NCBI RefSeq assembly: GCF_038871235.1
Contig: NZ_JAVZIN010000004.1
Location: 32,001 to 96,000, forward strand
Origin: Candidatus Hadarchaeum sp.
Lineage (GTDB): Archaea > Hadarchaeota > Hadarchaeia > Hadarchaeales > Hadarchaeaceae
Reading direction: 5' to 3'
Length of the DNA stretch: 64,000 bases
The notes below the pieces were generated by a model. That model was not told where the DNA came from and searched no databases. It saw only the letters and a list, made by a program, of their open reading frames with translations. Below, piece after piece: positions 41,338 to 51,098 of the stretch. The position numbers were made by a program, and so were the translations under genes. Within the stretch, counting starts at the first letter, position 1; each line of letters begins with the position of its first letter.

Positions 41338-41541
41338 ATTCTCCACAAAAAACACACTCGCTTTGAAAAGGCCCGCATTATTGGAGCTAGGGCGCTTCAG
41401 ATACAGATGGGCGCCCCTGTTTTAGTTGAGTTGCCGAAGAACTTAGTTGACCCAATCGATATTGCCATGTATGAATACGAAAGGGATGCGATTCCGATTA
41501 CGGTGGTGAGAAGGCTTCCTGGAGAGACCAGAGCTGCGTAA
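41338..41541 (+). CDS. rpoK: RNA polymerase subunit Rpo6 (K); putative ATT start; absent from ORF track
   Basis: Hand translation [25 protein letters not shown]...DPIDIA..E.....[10 protein letters not shown]; frame is open only from the TGA at 41299-41301. Confidence 0.93.
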   Translation: MLHKKHTRFEKARIIGARALQIQMGAPVLVELPKNLVDPIDIAMYEYERDAIPITVVRRLPGETRAA

Positions 41542-41627
41542 TAATGATCCCTTTTTATTTCACAATTAACCAGTTTTTTACCAGTTTTGATTTTAAGTAA
41601 TGAATGTGAGCTTTAATTGGTGCCAAG

Positions 41628-42656
41628 ATGGGAGTGCAGCTTGGCGATTTAGTTTCCCGGGAGAAGGTTGAACTGGAAAGCTTGAGCGGCAGGATAATTG
41701 CCATAGATGCCCTGAACTCCCTCTATCAATTCCTTTCCATAATCAGGCAGCGCGACGGCGAGCTGTTGCGGGACTCGAGAGGCCGCATAACCTCACATCT
41801 TTCTGGGATCTTCTACAGGACGGCCAATTTTGTCGAGGCCGGGATCAGACCAGTTTATGTCTTTGATGGAAAGCCACCGGCCCTGAAGCGTCTGACGGTC
41901 GAGCAGCGCCAGCTGGTGAGGCTGGAGGCAGAAAGCGAGTGGAAAAAGGCGCTGGAAGAGGGAAGGATACAGGATGCCAGAAAGTTCGCCCAGAGAGCGG
42001 GCCGTTTAGACACCGCCATGATAAAGCAGACGCAGGAGCTTTTGAGTTATATGGGGCTTCCTTGGGTGCAAGCTCCCGGTGAGGGTGAGGCTCAGGCGGC
42101 GCTCATGGTTCAACGTGGTGATGCTTGGGCAGCGGCAAGCCAGGATTTTGACAGTCTGCTCTTTGGTGCGCCAAGGCTGGTTCGGAACTTGGCCATCACG
42201 GGCAGGCGAAAGCTTCCAGGTAAGGATGCTTATACCGAGGTCTATCCTGAGATCATCGAGCTGGAAAAGGTCCTAGCGGAGCTTGGAATAACTCGGGAGC
42301 AGTTGGTCGACATTGGGATTTTGGTGGGGACGGATTACAATGAAGGCATCAAGGGCATCGGACCTAAGAAAGCGCTGGAGCTGGTCAAAAAATATGGTTC
42401 GATGGTGGAGATTCTCAAGACTGAGCTGGGCAAAAAGTTTGAGGTTGACCCGCTTGAGGTCAGGGAAATTTTTCTAAGACCAGATGTTACTACCAACTAT
42501 AGCTTGGTCTGGGGTGATCCCGATCCTGAGGCCATTAAAAAATTCCTCTGTGATGAATATGATTTTTCTGAGGAGAGGGTGCGGTCGGGAATAGATAAGT
42601 TGACTAAGGGCAAGTTGGAGCGGGGACAGGCCAAGCTGGAGAAGTGGTTTAGCTAG
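41628..42656 (+). CDS. fen: Flap endonuclease 1
   Basis: MGV, DA.N.LYQFL, EGEAQA, SQDFD, GTDYN.GI.GIGPK, C-terminal PIP box QAKLEKWF. Confidence 0.97.
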   Translation: MGVQLGDLVSREKVELESLSGRIIAIDALNSLYQFLSIIRQRDGELLRDSRGRITSHLSGIFYRTANFVEAGIRPVYVFDGKPPALKRLTVEQRQLVRLEAESEWKKALEEGRIQDARKFAQRAGRLDTAMIKQTQELLSYMGLPWVQAPGEGEAQAALMVQRGDAWAAASQDFDSLLFGAPRLVRNLAITGRRKLPGKDAYTEVYPEIIELEKVLAELGITREQLVDIGILVGTDYNEGIKGIGPKKALELVKKYGSMVEILKTELGKKFEVDPLEVREIFLRPDVTTNYSLVWGDPDPEAIKKFLCDEYDFSEERVRSGIDKLTKGKLERGQAKLEKWFS

Positions 42657-43312
42657 TCTTCCTTGTTCCAGCCGCATCTTCCAATGAGGGGCACGAAGGA
42701 GCAGCCACCGTGTTCGGTGATTGAGATTTCTCCCGACTCGGTTTTCTCTGCAATGGTCCAAGTTTGAAACATATAATCCCTACCCACCGGAGCACCCAAT
42801 TTACCGCCGATCTTTAGCTGTTTTATCAGCGGCCTCGGCAACTCAGGGGCGCAGGCGGTTACCAAAATACGATCCCATGGGGCGCCCTCTTCGTAGCCAA
42901 GTGAGCCATCACCGATCACCACTTTCACCCAGCCGTACCCCGTTTTTTTCAGGTTTTCTTCGGCAAATTCCGCGAGTTCCTTGATTCTTTCCACGGTGAC
43001 CACAACCCCCTTTTTTCCAACTACCTCGGCGATAAGGGCAGCGTTGTATCCTGAGCCAGCGCCGATCTCCAGCACGCGCATTCCCAGGGACAGGTCCAGC
43101 GTTTCCATCATAATCGCTATCATGCTGGGGGCAGAGATGGTCTGGCCTTTTCCAATGGGCAGCGGTTGGTCATAATAAGCGTAGCTTCTTTCGCTGTCCG
43201 GTATGAACTCGTGTCGGGGTACCTTCCTGAAGGCAGCGATGACATTAGGTTTGGTCAGATAACCCCATTTAATCAACCTTTCGACTAATTCCTCTCTCTC
43301 CCGGTCCAACAT
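42653..43312 (-). CDS. pcm: Protein-L-isoaspartate O-methyltransferase
   Basis: VPRHEF, GQTISAP, VLEIGAGSGY, FVPLIG. Confidence 0.94.
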   Translation of the reverse strand: MLDREREELVERLIKWGYLTKPNVIAAFRKVPRHEFIPDSERSYAYYDQPLPIGKGQTISAPSMIAIMMETLDLSLGMRVLEIGAGSGYNAALIAEVVGKKGVVVTVERIKELAEFAEENLKKTGYGWVKVVIGDGSLGYEEGAPWDRILVTACAPELPRPLIKQLKIGGKLGAPVGRDYMFQTWTIAEKTESGEISITEHGGCSFVPLIGRCGWNKED

Positions 43313-43361
43313 TCGATCAAAGTAATATTTTTCCTTGCTTCTTAAATTAGGTCGTGGTCAG

Positions 43362-43787
43362 ATGAGATGGGTTCTCAAGGCGAGGGGCCATCCGATGGTG
43401 ACCGCGAAGCACCGGACAACTTTTATGATCACCAAGGATGAAACGCTTGGCCCTAGGGGAGATTGTGTCATTGGGGTGCGCGCGGATAGATCCGCTGCGG
43501 AGCTGGATCTCAAGCTGAAGAGGCTGGCGATGCTAGGAGGGCCGGTTATCATCAGGCTCAGGGCCGGTGGGTTTTATGACGAGGTCAGAGCTTGGGGGCA
43601 TCCGTTGTTGACCCTCAGCCATCCAACTGATATTGTGGTGAGAAAGAGTCGGTTTATCTGCAGCCGGACTTTAGCGGTTGGTGCCAACAAGGCGGCCGCG
43701 GATCTGTCTAGAGAACTAGTGGCGTCTCTTCGCAAGCCAACGACCGAGTTAGAGATGGAGATAATCTTTAGCATTGGCCGCGTTTGA
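43362..43787 (+). CDS. DUF371 family protein
   Basis: GHP.V.A.H.TTF.IT, GDCVIG, V.RKS.F...RTL, KAAADL. Confidence 0.85.
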   Translation: MRWVLKARGHPMVTAKHRTTFMITKDETLGPRGDCVIGVRADRSAAELDLKLKRLAMLGGPVIIRLRAGGFYDEVRAWGHPLLTLSHPTDIVVRKSRFICSRTLAVGANKAAADLSRELVASLRKPTTELEMEIIFSIGRV

Positions 43788-43856
43788 TTTCCAGTTTCAA
43801 CCCAGTTGAACCTTGGCAAGTAATATTTAAGTTATTTCAGTTCGTTTTGTTGATGT

Positions 43857-44915
43857 GTGAAATTGATGAAAAAAAGGCTTGGTTTTTTTAACAAGAGGTC
43901 GATCTCAGTTTTCATACTTTTGTGTTTGCTGACAGTAATAGCGGCTTTTTTGTTGTTGCGGGAAAACTTGGACTCGATGCTGTGGGCCCTATACCGGGCT
44001 AATCTTTTTTTCCTGTTACTGGCGGTTTTCACGTATTTATTCGGATTGTTGTTTTGGTCTTTGCGTTGGCGTCTGACTCTCGCTACGTCAGGGTACATAG
44101 TTCCGATCAGGAGCATCTATGTCATCATTTTGGGCGGAATTTTCATAAACAACATAACGCCTTTCACCTACGCAGGCGGAGATCCGATTGCTCGGGCTTA
44201 TATTCTTAGAAGAACCCAAAATGTGCCTTATTCAAGCGGCTTTGCCACGATTCTGTCGGAATACATCATGGACTTGCCGGTATATGTTTCGCTGTTGATC
44301 TTCGGATTTTTAATTTCCCTGAAACAGTTTGATCTTTGGTATGGGATTTTCGTTTTTCTAGTCTGGCTGTTTTTTTTAGTTGGATGGAGCGTTTTCTTCT
44401 TCCATGTGTTATCAAGTGCCACAGGTGCCAAGCGGATAGCTAGGGTGACCTCAAAACTGGCGAAGATCTTTCATCGCAAAGTGAAAAAGGCGGGATTGGA
44501 GCGCAGCATAAAGAGGTTCTATCGGAGTTCCGAGGAAATCATAAAGGACGGTAGAACGATCTTTGGCATCACTGTTCTTACTGTCACCATCATAGCATTG
44601 GCCATTTCTAGGTTATACTTCATCTTCCAGGCTTTTGGCTACATGCCTTCTCTCCCGATGTTGTTCTTTGCCTTGACCCTTCCCGCGCTTGTGGGATTGA
44701 TACCCGTGCTCCCTGGGGGATTGGGCACAGTGGATGCCACGATTTTGTCCGTTTTCCTTCTTTTCGGTGTCCCGCTTCAAGTGGCAATAAGCGCCACGTT
44801 GATCGAGAGGGCGATAACCCTTGTTTTCAGCACAATATTGGGGGCAGGTGCAATTTCCTATTTAGGGATAAAGCAGGGCAATGCTAGAATATCAAGAGCA
44901 AAACGGCCGCGATGA
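43857..44915 (+). CDS. Flippase-like membrane protein (UPF0104 / lysylphosphatidylglycerol synthase TM family)
   Basis: LRW, F.NNITP...GGDP..R, P.LPGGLG.VD, L.ER. Confidence 0.85.
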   Translation: MKLMKKRLGFFNKRSISVFILLCLLTVIAAFLLLRENLDSMLWALYRANLFFLLLAVFTYLFGLLFWSLRWRLTLATSGYIVPIRSIYVIILGGIFINNITPFTYAGGDPIARAYILRRTQNVPYSSGFATILSEYIMDLPVYVSLLIFGFLISLKQFDLWYGIFVFLVWLFFLVGWSVFFFHVLSSATGAKRIARVTSKLAKIFHRKVKKAGLERSIKRFYRSSEEIIKDGRTIFGITVLTVTIIALAISRLYFIFQAFGYMPSLPMLFFALTLPALVGLIPVLPGGLGTVDATILSVFLLFGVPLQVAISATLIERAITLVFSTILGAGAISYLGIKQGNARISRAKRPR

Positions 44916-45345
44916 AAAGCCCGCCCTCCAGCGCTAGGACCTTTTTGTCGGTCAGATAGGTCCAGAAGTCATAGGGTAGCACCCTGATTCCGTAGAACTT
45001 TTTGCTTAGCGGGTAAAGGAGGCGCCTTCCCTTTTCATCGAAGGACTCGGTTAAAACGTGGATTATTCCGCCCAGAGAAAATGAAATGGCAATATTCCAG
45101 CTGTTGCTCCAGCCGATGGCGCTTAGCCCCAGATAGAGGAACGGCAATATTATCAAGTAAAGAAAGATAGTGTGCAGGATTGTGGAGGCATGGGTTTCAT
45201 TGATCGGGTTTTTAGGGGTTTTCTTCCTCAGCAGCGTTGGGAAGACGTCAAAGTTAGGAAAACCGCTTCCGATGAGTAAGGCCACCAGATTGATGTTCCC
45301 TGAGAAAAGGCCGTAGATGATTAGTGGGATGGAAACGTGTCCTAT
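44884..45345 (-). CDS. Membrane-bound metal-dependent hydrolase-like protein (DUF457/YdjM-like); putative non-canonical start
   Basis: GH near N-terminus, GS.FPNFD, H...LHT, HVLTE, LLYPL. Confidence 0.65.
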   Translation of the reverse strand: MGHVSIPLIIYGLFSGNINLVALLIGSGFPNFDVFPTLLRKKTPKNPINETHASTILHTIFLYLIILPFLYLGLSAIGWSNSWNIAISFSLGGIIHVLTESFDEKGRRLLYPLSKKFYGIRVLPYDFWTYLTDKKVLALEGGLFIAAVLLLIF

Positions 45346-45536
45346 TAACGTTTTCTCAGCTCCTTGGCCATCTTGATCATGGCTATGAGGAACGGCGGCA
45401 GAAAGGGCGCGATTACTACCAGCGTGTAGATTCCTATTTCCCGTATCACCAGCGCTAGCAGGGTTAGACCCATGAAGATCCAGATGACAACGTAACCGGC
45501 ATTTTCGCGCATCCATTTCCTGAGTTTGACCCTCAT
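45345..45536 (-). CDS. Small two-TM membrane protein
   Basis: MRVKLRKW followed by two hydrophobic segments and a basic C-terminus. Confidence 0.6.
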   Translation of the reverse strand: MRVKLRKWMRENAGYVVIWIFMGLTLLALVIREIGIYTLVVIAPFLPPFLIAMIKMAKELRKR

Positions 45537-45628
45537 ACCTGATCCAACCTTTTTAAACTTCGTGTTTTGATTTAATGACTTTTGCGTCATCTCTTTAAGC
45601 ACCCATCCAGATGAATTTAGCGGTAGGG

Positions 45629-46783
45629 ATGAGAATTCTACACGTTAACCCGTTTTACTATCCGTATCAGGGCGGTACTGAGAAATACCTTTACGATCTG
45701 TGCAAGCGGCTGGCTAGGAGGAATTCCGTGAGCGTGATATCCTCAAAGTTTGGGAACAATCCCGAGTTCGAGATTATCGAAGGAACCAAGGTTTACCGGA
45801 TAAAGAGCATCGTCCTGGAGAAGCTACCTCCATTTTTACCGCCACCCCTAGCGATACCGATCTCATTTCGCCGCAACATTCTCAGGATCTGTGAAAAGGA
45901 AAGGCCTGACGTGGTCCACATCCACAACAGATTCTTTTTGAGCTATTCATCCATGGTGCTGTGGAAGAAATCGTTGGGTGCACCACTTTTTATCACCCTT
46001 CACAATGCTAGGCCTGTGGGCATAAATGAGGAGACTGATTTTCTAGGGCAGCTTTTTGATGATTACATTGGACATAGGATAATTCGAAGTTGTGACCGGG
46101 TTCTCGCCAACAGCCGGTGGACGCTGGAGACAACCTTGCCCAAGGATTATCCTCGGGAGAAGGCAGAGATAATTTACAACGGAGTTGACACCCGGAGGTT
46201 CAGGCGGATAGATTCAAGTCTTAAGGACAAGCTGGGCTGTGAGTTTCTTTCCACGACCGTTTGCAGGTTGCTACCGCAGAAAGGGGTCAACTATCTCATT
46301 GCCGCCATCAAGGATATTGAGGAAGACTACAAGGCTGTGATAGTGGGTCGGGGCCCATGCCTCGGTGAGCTAAAATCTTTGGCTAAAAAATTGGGCGTAG
46401 ATAAAAAGGTTGAGTTTGTCACCAGTCATCTGACGGATGAAGAGTTGGTTAAATATTACTCTGCCAGTGATTTCTCAGTACTTCCTTCCCTCTGGGAGCC
46501 TTTCGGGATAACCTTGATTGAGGCAATGGCCTGTGGCTGTCCCATAATCGCCACGAATGTCGGCGGAATTCCTGAGGTCGTCACCAGTGACTGTGGAATC
46601 TTGGTGAGTCCTAGAAGTTCCAATGAACTTGCTTTGGCCATTAACAGGCTCATCGGGGATAAGAACCTCAGGAGAAAAATGTCCAGAAATGCCCGTAAAC
46701 GGGTTGAGAAGTACTTCGACTTTGATCTGATTGCTGAAAAGGTTGAACAAAGCTATCGGAGTTATCTTGAGGAATCGGGTTGA
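45629..46783 (+). CDS. Glycosyltransferase family 4
   Basis: GGTE, HIH, NGVD, KG, EPFGITLIEAMACG, GGIPEVV. Confidence 0.92.
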   Translation: MRILHVNPFYYPYQGGTEKYLYDLCKRLARRNSVSVISSKFGNNPEFEIIEGTKVYRIKSIVLEKLPPFLPPPLAIPISFRRNILRICEKERPDVVHIHNRFFLSYSSMVLWKKSLGAPLFITLHNARPVGINEETDFLGQLFDDYIGHRIIRSCDRVLANSRWTLETTLPKDYPREKAEIIYNGVDTRRFRRIDSSLKDKLGCEFLSTTVCRLLPQKGVNYLIAAIKDIEEDYKAVIVGRGPCLGELKSLAKKLGVDKKVEFVTSHLTDEELVKYYSASDFSVLPSLWEPFGITLIEAMACGCPIIATNVGGIPEVVTSDCGILVSPRSSNELALAINRLIGDKNLRRKMSRNARKRVEKYFDFDLIAEKVEQSYRSYLEESG

Positions 46784-46812
46784 AGTTAGCATTTTTTCAA
46801 AGGTGATTTTTT

Positions 46813-47517
46813 GTGTATCAACTGTCTGAAAAACCGAAGATAACGATAGTGGTCCCGGCCCTAAACGAGGAGAGGCTGATTGCCCAGACATTGGAAAATG
46901 CTTGTTGCGTAGCCCCTGAAGCTGAGATCATTGTTGTCGATAGTGGCTCCACAGACAACACAGCCAGAATAGCCGCCCAGTATGCGAGGGTCTATCACAA
47001 GGTTGGTAATGTGGCGCAGGCGAGAAACTTTGGCGCAAAGATGGCCACCGGAGAAATCATCGTTTTTTTGGACGCGGATACTCTTATAACCAAGCAATTC
47101 ATGGATGAGGTTATTCGCGCTTTCAAGAATCCTGAGGTCGTCGGAGCTGGAGGCTTGATTATGCCCCACTTCAAGGGGGTTTTGGTTGAACTCATCTTTT
47201 ACTTTTTCAACCTTTTGGTACTAGCTTCTTTTGCTTTTTTAGGCCCCTTTCTTGCGGGAACTTGTGTCGCTTACAAGAGAGACCCGTTTTTTGAGGTTGG
47301 GGGTTTCAATGAGCAGCTGGTGGCCTCTGAGGATTTCGATCTGTGTCGGAGAATTTCCAAGAAGGGCAGGGTAGTCTTTCTTAGGAAGATTGTTGTAAGA
47401 ACATCGAGGAGAAGGTTGGAGAAGCTGGGGTTAATGGGGCTGGTTCTTGACTGGGCCAAGGTCACGGTTCATTATCTGAGCGGCAGAAACCCCACGAAAT
47501 ACGGCAGTTTTAGGTGA
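46813..47517 (+). CDS. Glycosyltransferase family 2
   Basis: VPALNEE, VVDSGSTD, ARNFG, FLDAD, ED.DL, TSRRR. Confidence 0.92.
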   Translation: MYQLSEKPKITIVVPALNEERLIAQTLENACCVAPEAEIIVVDSGSTDNTARIAAQYARVYHKVGNVAQARNFGAKMATGEIIVFLDADTLITKQFMDEVIRAFKNPEVVGAGGLIMPHFKGVLVELIFYFFNLLVLASFAFLGPFLAGTCVAYKRDPFFEVGGFNEQLVASEDFDLCRRISKKGRVVFLRKIVVRTSRRRLEKLGLMGLVLDWAKVTVHYLSGRNPTKYGSFR

Positions 47518-47531
47518 CCCAACCGAACAAA

Positions 47532-48629
47532 TCAAAGATGGGCTTGGTAGAACTTCTCAAGTTTTTTCGTGCATTCGGTTACGGAAAATTTTTCGCTAGT
47601 TTTTATCGCCTGAGTCTGCATTTTGGGGGACGGTTCATAGGAGTTTAAGATTTGCGCCAGCTCCGCGATGTTTCCAGGGCTAAAGAGGTAGCCATTTTTC
47701 CCATCTTTTATAATCTCAGGTATTGCGAGCGAGTTGGCACCGATCACTGGGCACCCGCAGGCCATTGCTTCCACCACCACCAAAGCCTGAGTTTCCCCAG
47801 TTGAGGCTATGACAAAAGCATCCGCGGCCGAATAGTAAAGGGGCTTTAGCTTTTCCGGAACATAACCAGTAAATTGGACCTTTTTCTTAAGCTTGAGCTT
47901 GTCCCTCAATTTTCTCAACTTTTCAGCGGCTGGACCTCGACCCGCAATGATCAGTTTACCATCAACCTCAACAAAAGCGCGGATGATGATATCTATATTT
48001 TTTTCGTGGCTTAGTCGCCCTAGGCTCAGGAAGATTTTTTCACCATCATCCAGTCCCAGCGATTCCCGGGCGGTTTCCTTTTTTTCTGGCCTGAAAAAGT
48101 TGGTGTTTATCCCTGTGGGTATGACTGAAATGGTCTTTTTGATGTGGTGGGAGACCAAGACGCTCTTTAACGCACGGCTCGGGACAATGATCCCTTTCTG
48201 CTTGTTGTAAAAAATTTCACAATATTTCCAGATGACTTTTTCCATTATTTTTTTACCCAGTGGTGCCACATATCGGACGTATTCCGAGAGCAGGGTGTGG
48301 AAGGTCGTAACGCGGGGAATTTTTTGGAAATTGGAGACCCGCCACCCGAAGAAACCCATCGTGAATGGAGAGTGGCTATGGATGATGTCCAGCTTGGGCA
48401 CCGACTCTCTTCCCTGAGGCACCGCAATTCTGAACTCAGGATAGGGCTTGAAGGTTACCGCTGGATAGGAATAGACTTTCATCCCCCCGCATTCCCTGAC
48501 CTTAGTCTTGGGGCAAAAGATGAAGACCTCATGCCCACGTCTAATCAGTTCGGGTCCTGTGCTTAACAGCGAGGTCACCACACCATTTTTCTGTGGTAGG
48601 AAGGTGTCCGTAAAGAAGCCTATGCGCAT
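47532..48629 (-). CDS. Glycosyltransferase family 4 (glycolipid synthase-like)
   Basis: FTDTFLPQKNGVVTS, HSHSPF..G, TFHT, GRL..EKN, ETQALV..EAMACG. Confidence 0.9.
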   Translation of the reverse strand: MRIGFFTDTFLPQKNGVVTSLLSTGPELIRRGHEVFIFCPKTKVRECGGMKVYSYPAVTFKPYPEFRIAVPQGRESVPKLDIIHSHSPFTMGFFGWRVSNFQKIPRVTTFHTLLSEYVRYVAPLGKKIMEKVIWKYCEIFYNKQKGIIVPSRALKSVLVSHHIKKTISVIPTGINTNFFRPEKKETARESLGLDDGEKIFLSLGRLSHEKNIDIIIRAFVEVDGKLIIAGRGPAAEKLRKLRDKLKLKKKVQFTGYVPEKLKPLYYSAADAFVIASTGETQALVVVEAMACGCPVIGANSLAIPEIIKDGKNGYLFSPGNIAELAQILNSYEPSPKMQTQAIKTSEKFSVTECTKKLEKFYQAHL

Positions 48630-48632
48630 GTT

Positions 48633-50057
48633 TTATCCCCCCCACAGCTGTTTGATTGATTTCAGCCCTCTTCCCGAGCGGAGGTTGGCCAGCAGAATTT
48701 TCATCCGGTATTCGCTCTTTAAGGTTTTCCATATCTGTGAGATCAGGTAGCTTGGTCTTTCGATAAATTCTTGATAAAATCCGTTCACCATTTCATTCAG
48801 TTCTCCTTCGTTGAGAAGGGAAGGGAGGACACTGACAGCAGGTACGGCGGCATCCCAGTACTTTCCCTCGTCCAGTTGACCATCCTTTACAGCTCGGTTC
48901 CACAGCTCCATTCCGGGCGAGAGGTTTAGAAGGTTCATCTGGGGAAAGTCCATTTCCCTTAAGCTGAGGGCAAAATCAAAGGTTTTTCTGACGTCTTCTC
49001 TCGTTTCAATGGGTGCCCCGACGATAAAGGAGCCAATGACGTTCTCAATCCCTGCTTTCTTGGCGTTTGAGACCGCCTTTCTGCTCATCTCCGGAGTTAT
49101 ATTTTTTCCATAATAGTCCAGAACCTTTCGGCTGGCGCTCTCAATTCCAAAGTAAATAGTCCGACACCCGGCGCGGGACAATTTCTTCAAAGTCTCTTCA
49201 GACGCCTGATCAACCCGCCCCTCCGCCCAAAGGTTAAGCTTTACCTTGCGGGTCCTCAAAATTTCGCAGATTTTTTCGACGCGCTTTCTGTTGAGGAGCA
49301 GGTTATCATCCACGAAGCCAACTTCCTCATACCCTTGGCTGTAAAGTTGCTCCATCTCCGCGGCAACGTTTTTCGGGGACCTGAATCTAACCCTTCTGAG
49401 GGAAAATGCTGAGCAGGCGCAGTACCGGCAGGCATAGGGGCAGCCTCTGGATGAGAGCAGGGTGGTGAATTTTCCTGAGGTGCCAAGTAGTCCGACCAGC
49501 TCCGAATGATACTCCTGTTCCAACAGCGATCGGTCGGGGAATGGTAGCTTGTCCAAGTCCTGAATTGGTTCCTCAGGCGGGTTTTTTATCACCCTATTTT
49601 TCTTCCTGAAAGCGATGCCTTTTATCCGTTTTATTTCATTTTCCTTTTCAAGGGCCCGGACCAGTTCTGTGAGGGTTCTTTCGCCCTCGCCGAGAACAAC
49701 GAAGTCAACGATGGAATAATTTTCCAGCAACCTCTTGTACTCAAAAGTGGATTGATAATTTCCAAAGATGAGCCTCACTTCAGGATTTTTTTCTTTCACT
49801 GCTTTTGCGATTTTGATGGCTTGCCTAAATGTGGGCGTCAGAGCGCTTATTCCCACGATGTCCGGTTTTTCACTTTTTACGCGGTCCGCGAGCCTCTCCA
49901 CAGGTGATCCTTCTCGAGCGTTGTCTATGATCTTGACCTCGTGACCATCCATCTGCAGCACCGATCCTAAATAAAGCAGACCTAGAGGAGGCCAAGCCGC
50001 TTCATTTTCAATCCGCTCTTTCTCCCCAGTATTGGAATTTATCAAGACCATCTTCAA
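48633..50057 (-). CDS. Cobalamin-binding radical SAM protein (class B methyltransferase-like)
   Basis: PPLGLLYL B12 domain, GEGE, SRGCPYACRYC, FVDDN, FGIES. Confidence 0.9.
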   Translation of the reverse strand: MKMVLINSNTGEKERIENEAAWPPLGLLYLGSVLQMDGHEVKIIDNAREGSPVERLADRVKSEKPDIVGISALTPTFRQAIKIAKAVKEKNPEVRLIFGNYQSTFEYKRLLENYSIVDFVVLGEGERTLTELVRALEKENEIKRIKGIAFRKKNRVIKNPPEEPIQDLDKLPFPDRSLLEQEYHSELVGLLGTSGKFTTLLSSRGCPYACRYCACSAFSLRRVRFRSPKNVAAEMEQLYSQGYEEVGFVDDNLLLNRKRVEKICEILRTRKVKLNLWAEGRVDQASEETLKKLSRAGCRTIYFGIESASRKVLDYYGKNITPEMSRKAVSNAKKAGIENVIGSFIVGAPIETREDVRKTFDFALSLREMDFPQMNLLNLSPGMELWNRAVKDGQLDEGKYWDAAVPAVSVLPSLLNEGELNEMVNGFYQEFIERPSYLISQIWKTLKSEYRMKILLANLRSGRGLKSIKQLWGG

Positions 50058-50125
50058 ATATCCACAACCTGAATTAATATCCAGATTAGGTTAAATTTAT
50101 CAGGTTAAAGGGATAGGTGGGACAG

Positions 50126-51034
50126 ATGAAAGTTCTGGTTACAGGTGGTGCGGGGTTTATCGGCTCGAATCTTGTTGAGGAGCTGGTCAGGTCAGGTGAG
50201 GATGTCATCGTTTTGGACGATTTCTCTACCGGGTCGCTGGAGAATTTAAGAGCTGTAGAAAAGCAGGTGCAGATAGTGCGGGCCTCCTGCCAGCGGCTTT
50301 TGGAACTGAAACTTCCGGAGGTGAAGAAGATATTCCACCTCGGGATCCCATCTAGCTCTCCGATGTATCGCGACAACCCGCTGCTGGTCGGGGAAGCCAT
50401 TCGTGGCTTTATCAACGTCTTTGAGCTGGCGAGGAGAAACCGGGCCAAGGTAGTTTATGCTTCCACCTCCAGCCTGTACCGAGGCTGTCCAACGCCGCAT
50501 CGTGAGGACAGAATATCCGAACCTTTTGATTTTTACACCGAGGCCAGAATTGCCATGGAGCGCTTGGCCCGGGTTTATCACGAGCTCTATGGCATTCCTT
50601 CGGTGGGCATGAGGTTCTTCTCGGTTTATGGTCCACACGAGCGCGCCAAGGGCAAATATGCGAACAACGTCTCCCAGTTTCTCTGGGCCATGCGCGAGGA
50701 TAAGTCCCCTGAGATTTACGGTGATGGCGAACAGACGCGCGATTTTGTCCACGTCAGTGATGTGGTGCGGGCCTGTCTTAAAGCGGCCAATTCTGATTTG
50801 GGCTGTGAAGTGATAAACGTCGGCACCGGCAAGCAGACGAGCTTCAACCGTGTGATCGAGTTGCTCAACAAAGCGCTGGGAAAATCGATAAACCCCATTT
50901 ATGTACCCAATCCGGTGAAAAACTATGTTTACCACACTTGTGCCGATCTGACCAAGGCAAGGAAGCTACTAGGATACGAGCCAACCGTGACCCTGGAGGA
51001 AGGCATCAAAAGACTAGTCGCGGTGGAAGGATAA
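50126..51034 (+). CDS. NAD-dependent NDP-sugar epimerase/dehydratase (extended SDR)
   Basis: TGGAGFIG, ASTSSLY, RFFSVYGP, GDGEQTRDF; catalytic motif reads YxxxR. Confidence 0.9.
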   Translation: MKVLVTGGAGFIGSNLVEELVRSGEDVIVLDDFSTGSLENLRAVEKQVQIVRASCQRLLELKLPEVKKIFHLGIPSSSPMYRDNPLLVGEAIRGFINVFELARRNRAKVVYASTSSLYRGCPTPHREDRISEPFDFYTEARIAMERLARVYHELYGIPSVGMRFFSVYGPHERAKGKYANNVSQFLWAMREDKSPEIYGDGEQTRDFVHVSDVVRACLKAANSDLGCEVINVGTGKQTSFNRVIELLNKALGKSINPIYVPNPVKNYVYHTCADLTKARKLLGYEPTVTLEEGIKRLVAVEG

Positions 51035-51098
51035 AACCAGCTAATTTAGTGATGGTAGTAGGTTTAGAGGAAGACCACCAAAGCAATGTTGGGGTTCG

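Noticed and set aside
40579-41355. Long antisense ORFs (also 10947-11663, 20265-21044, 50246-50935, 54842-55564)
   Set aside because: They shadow well-supported genes on the other strand and show no recognisable motifs.
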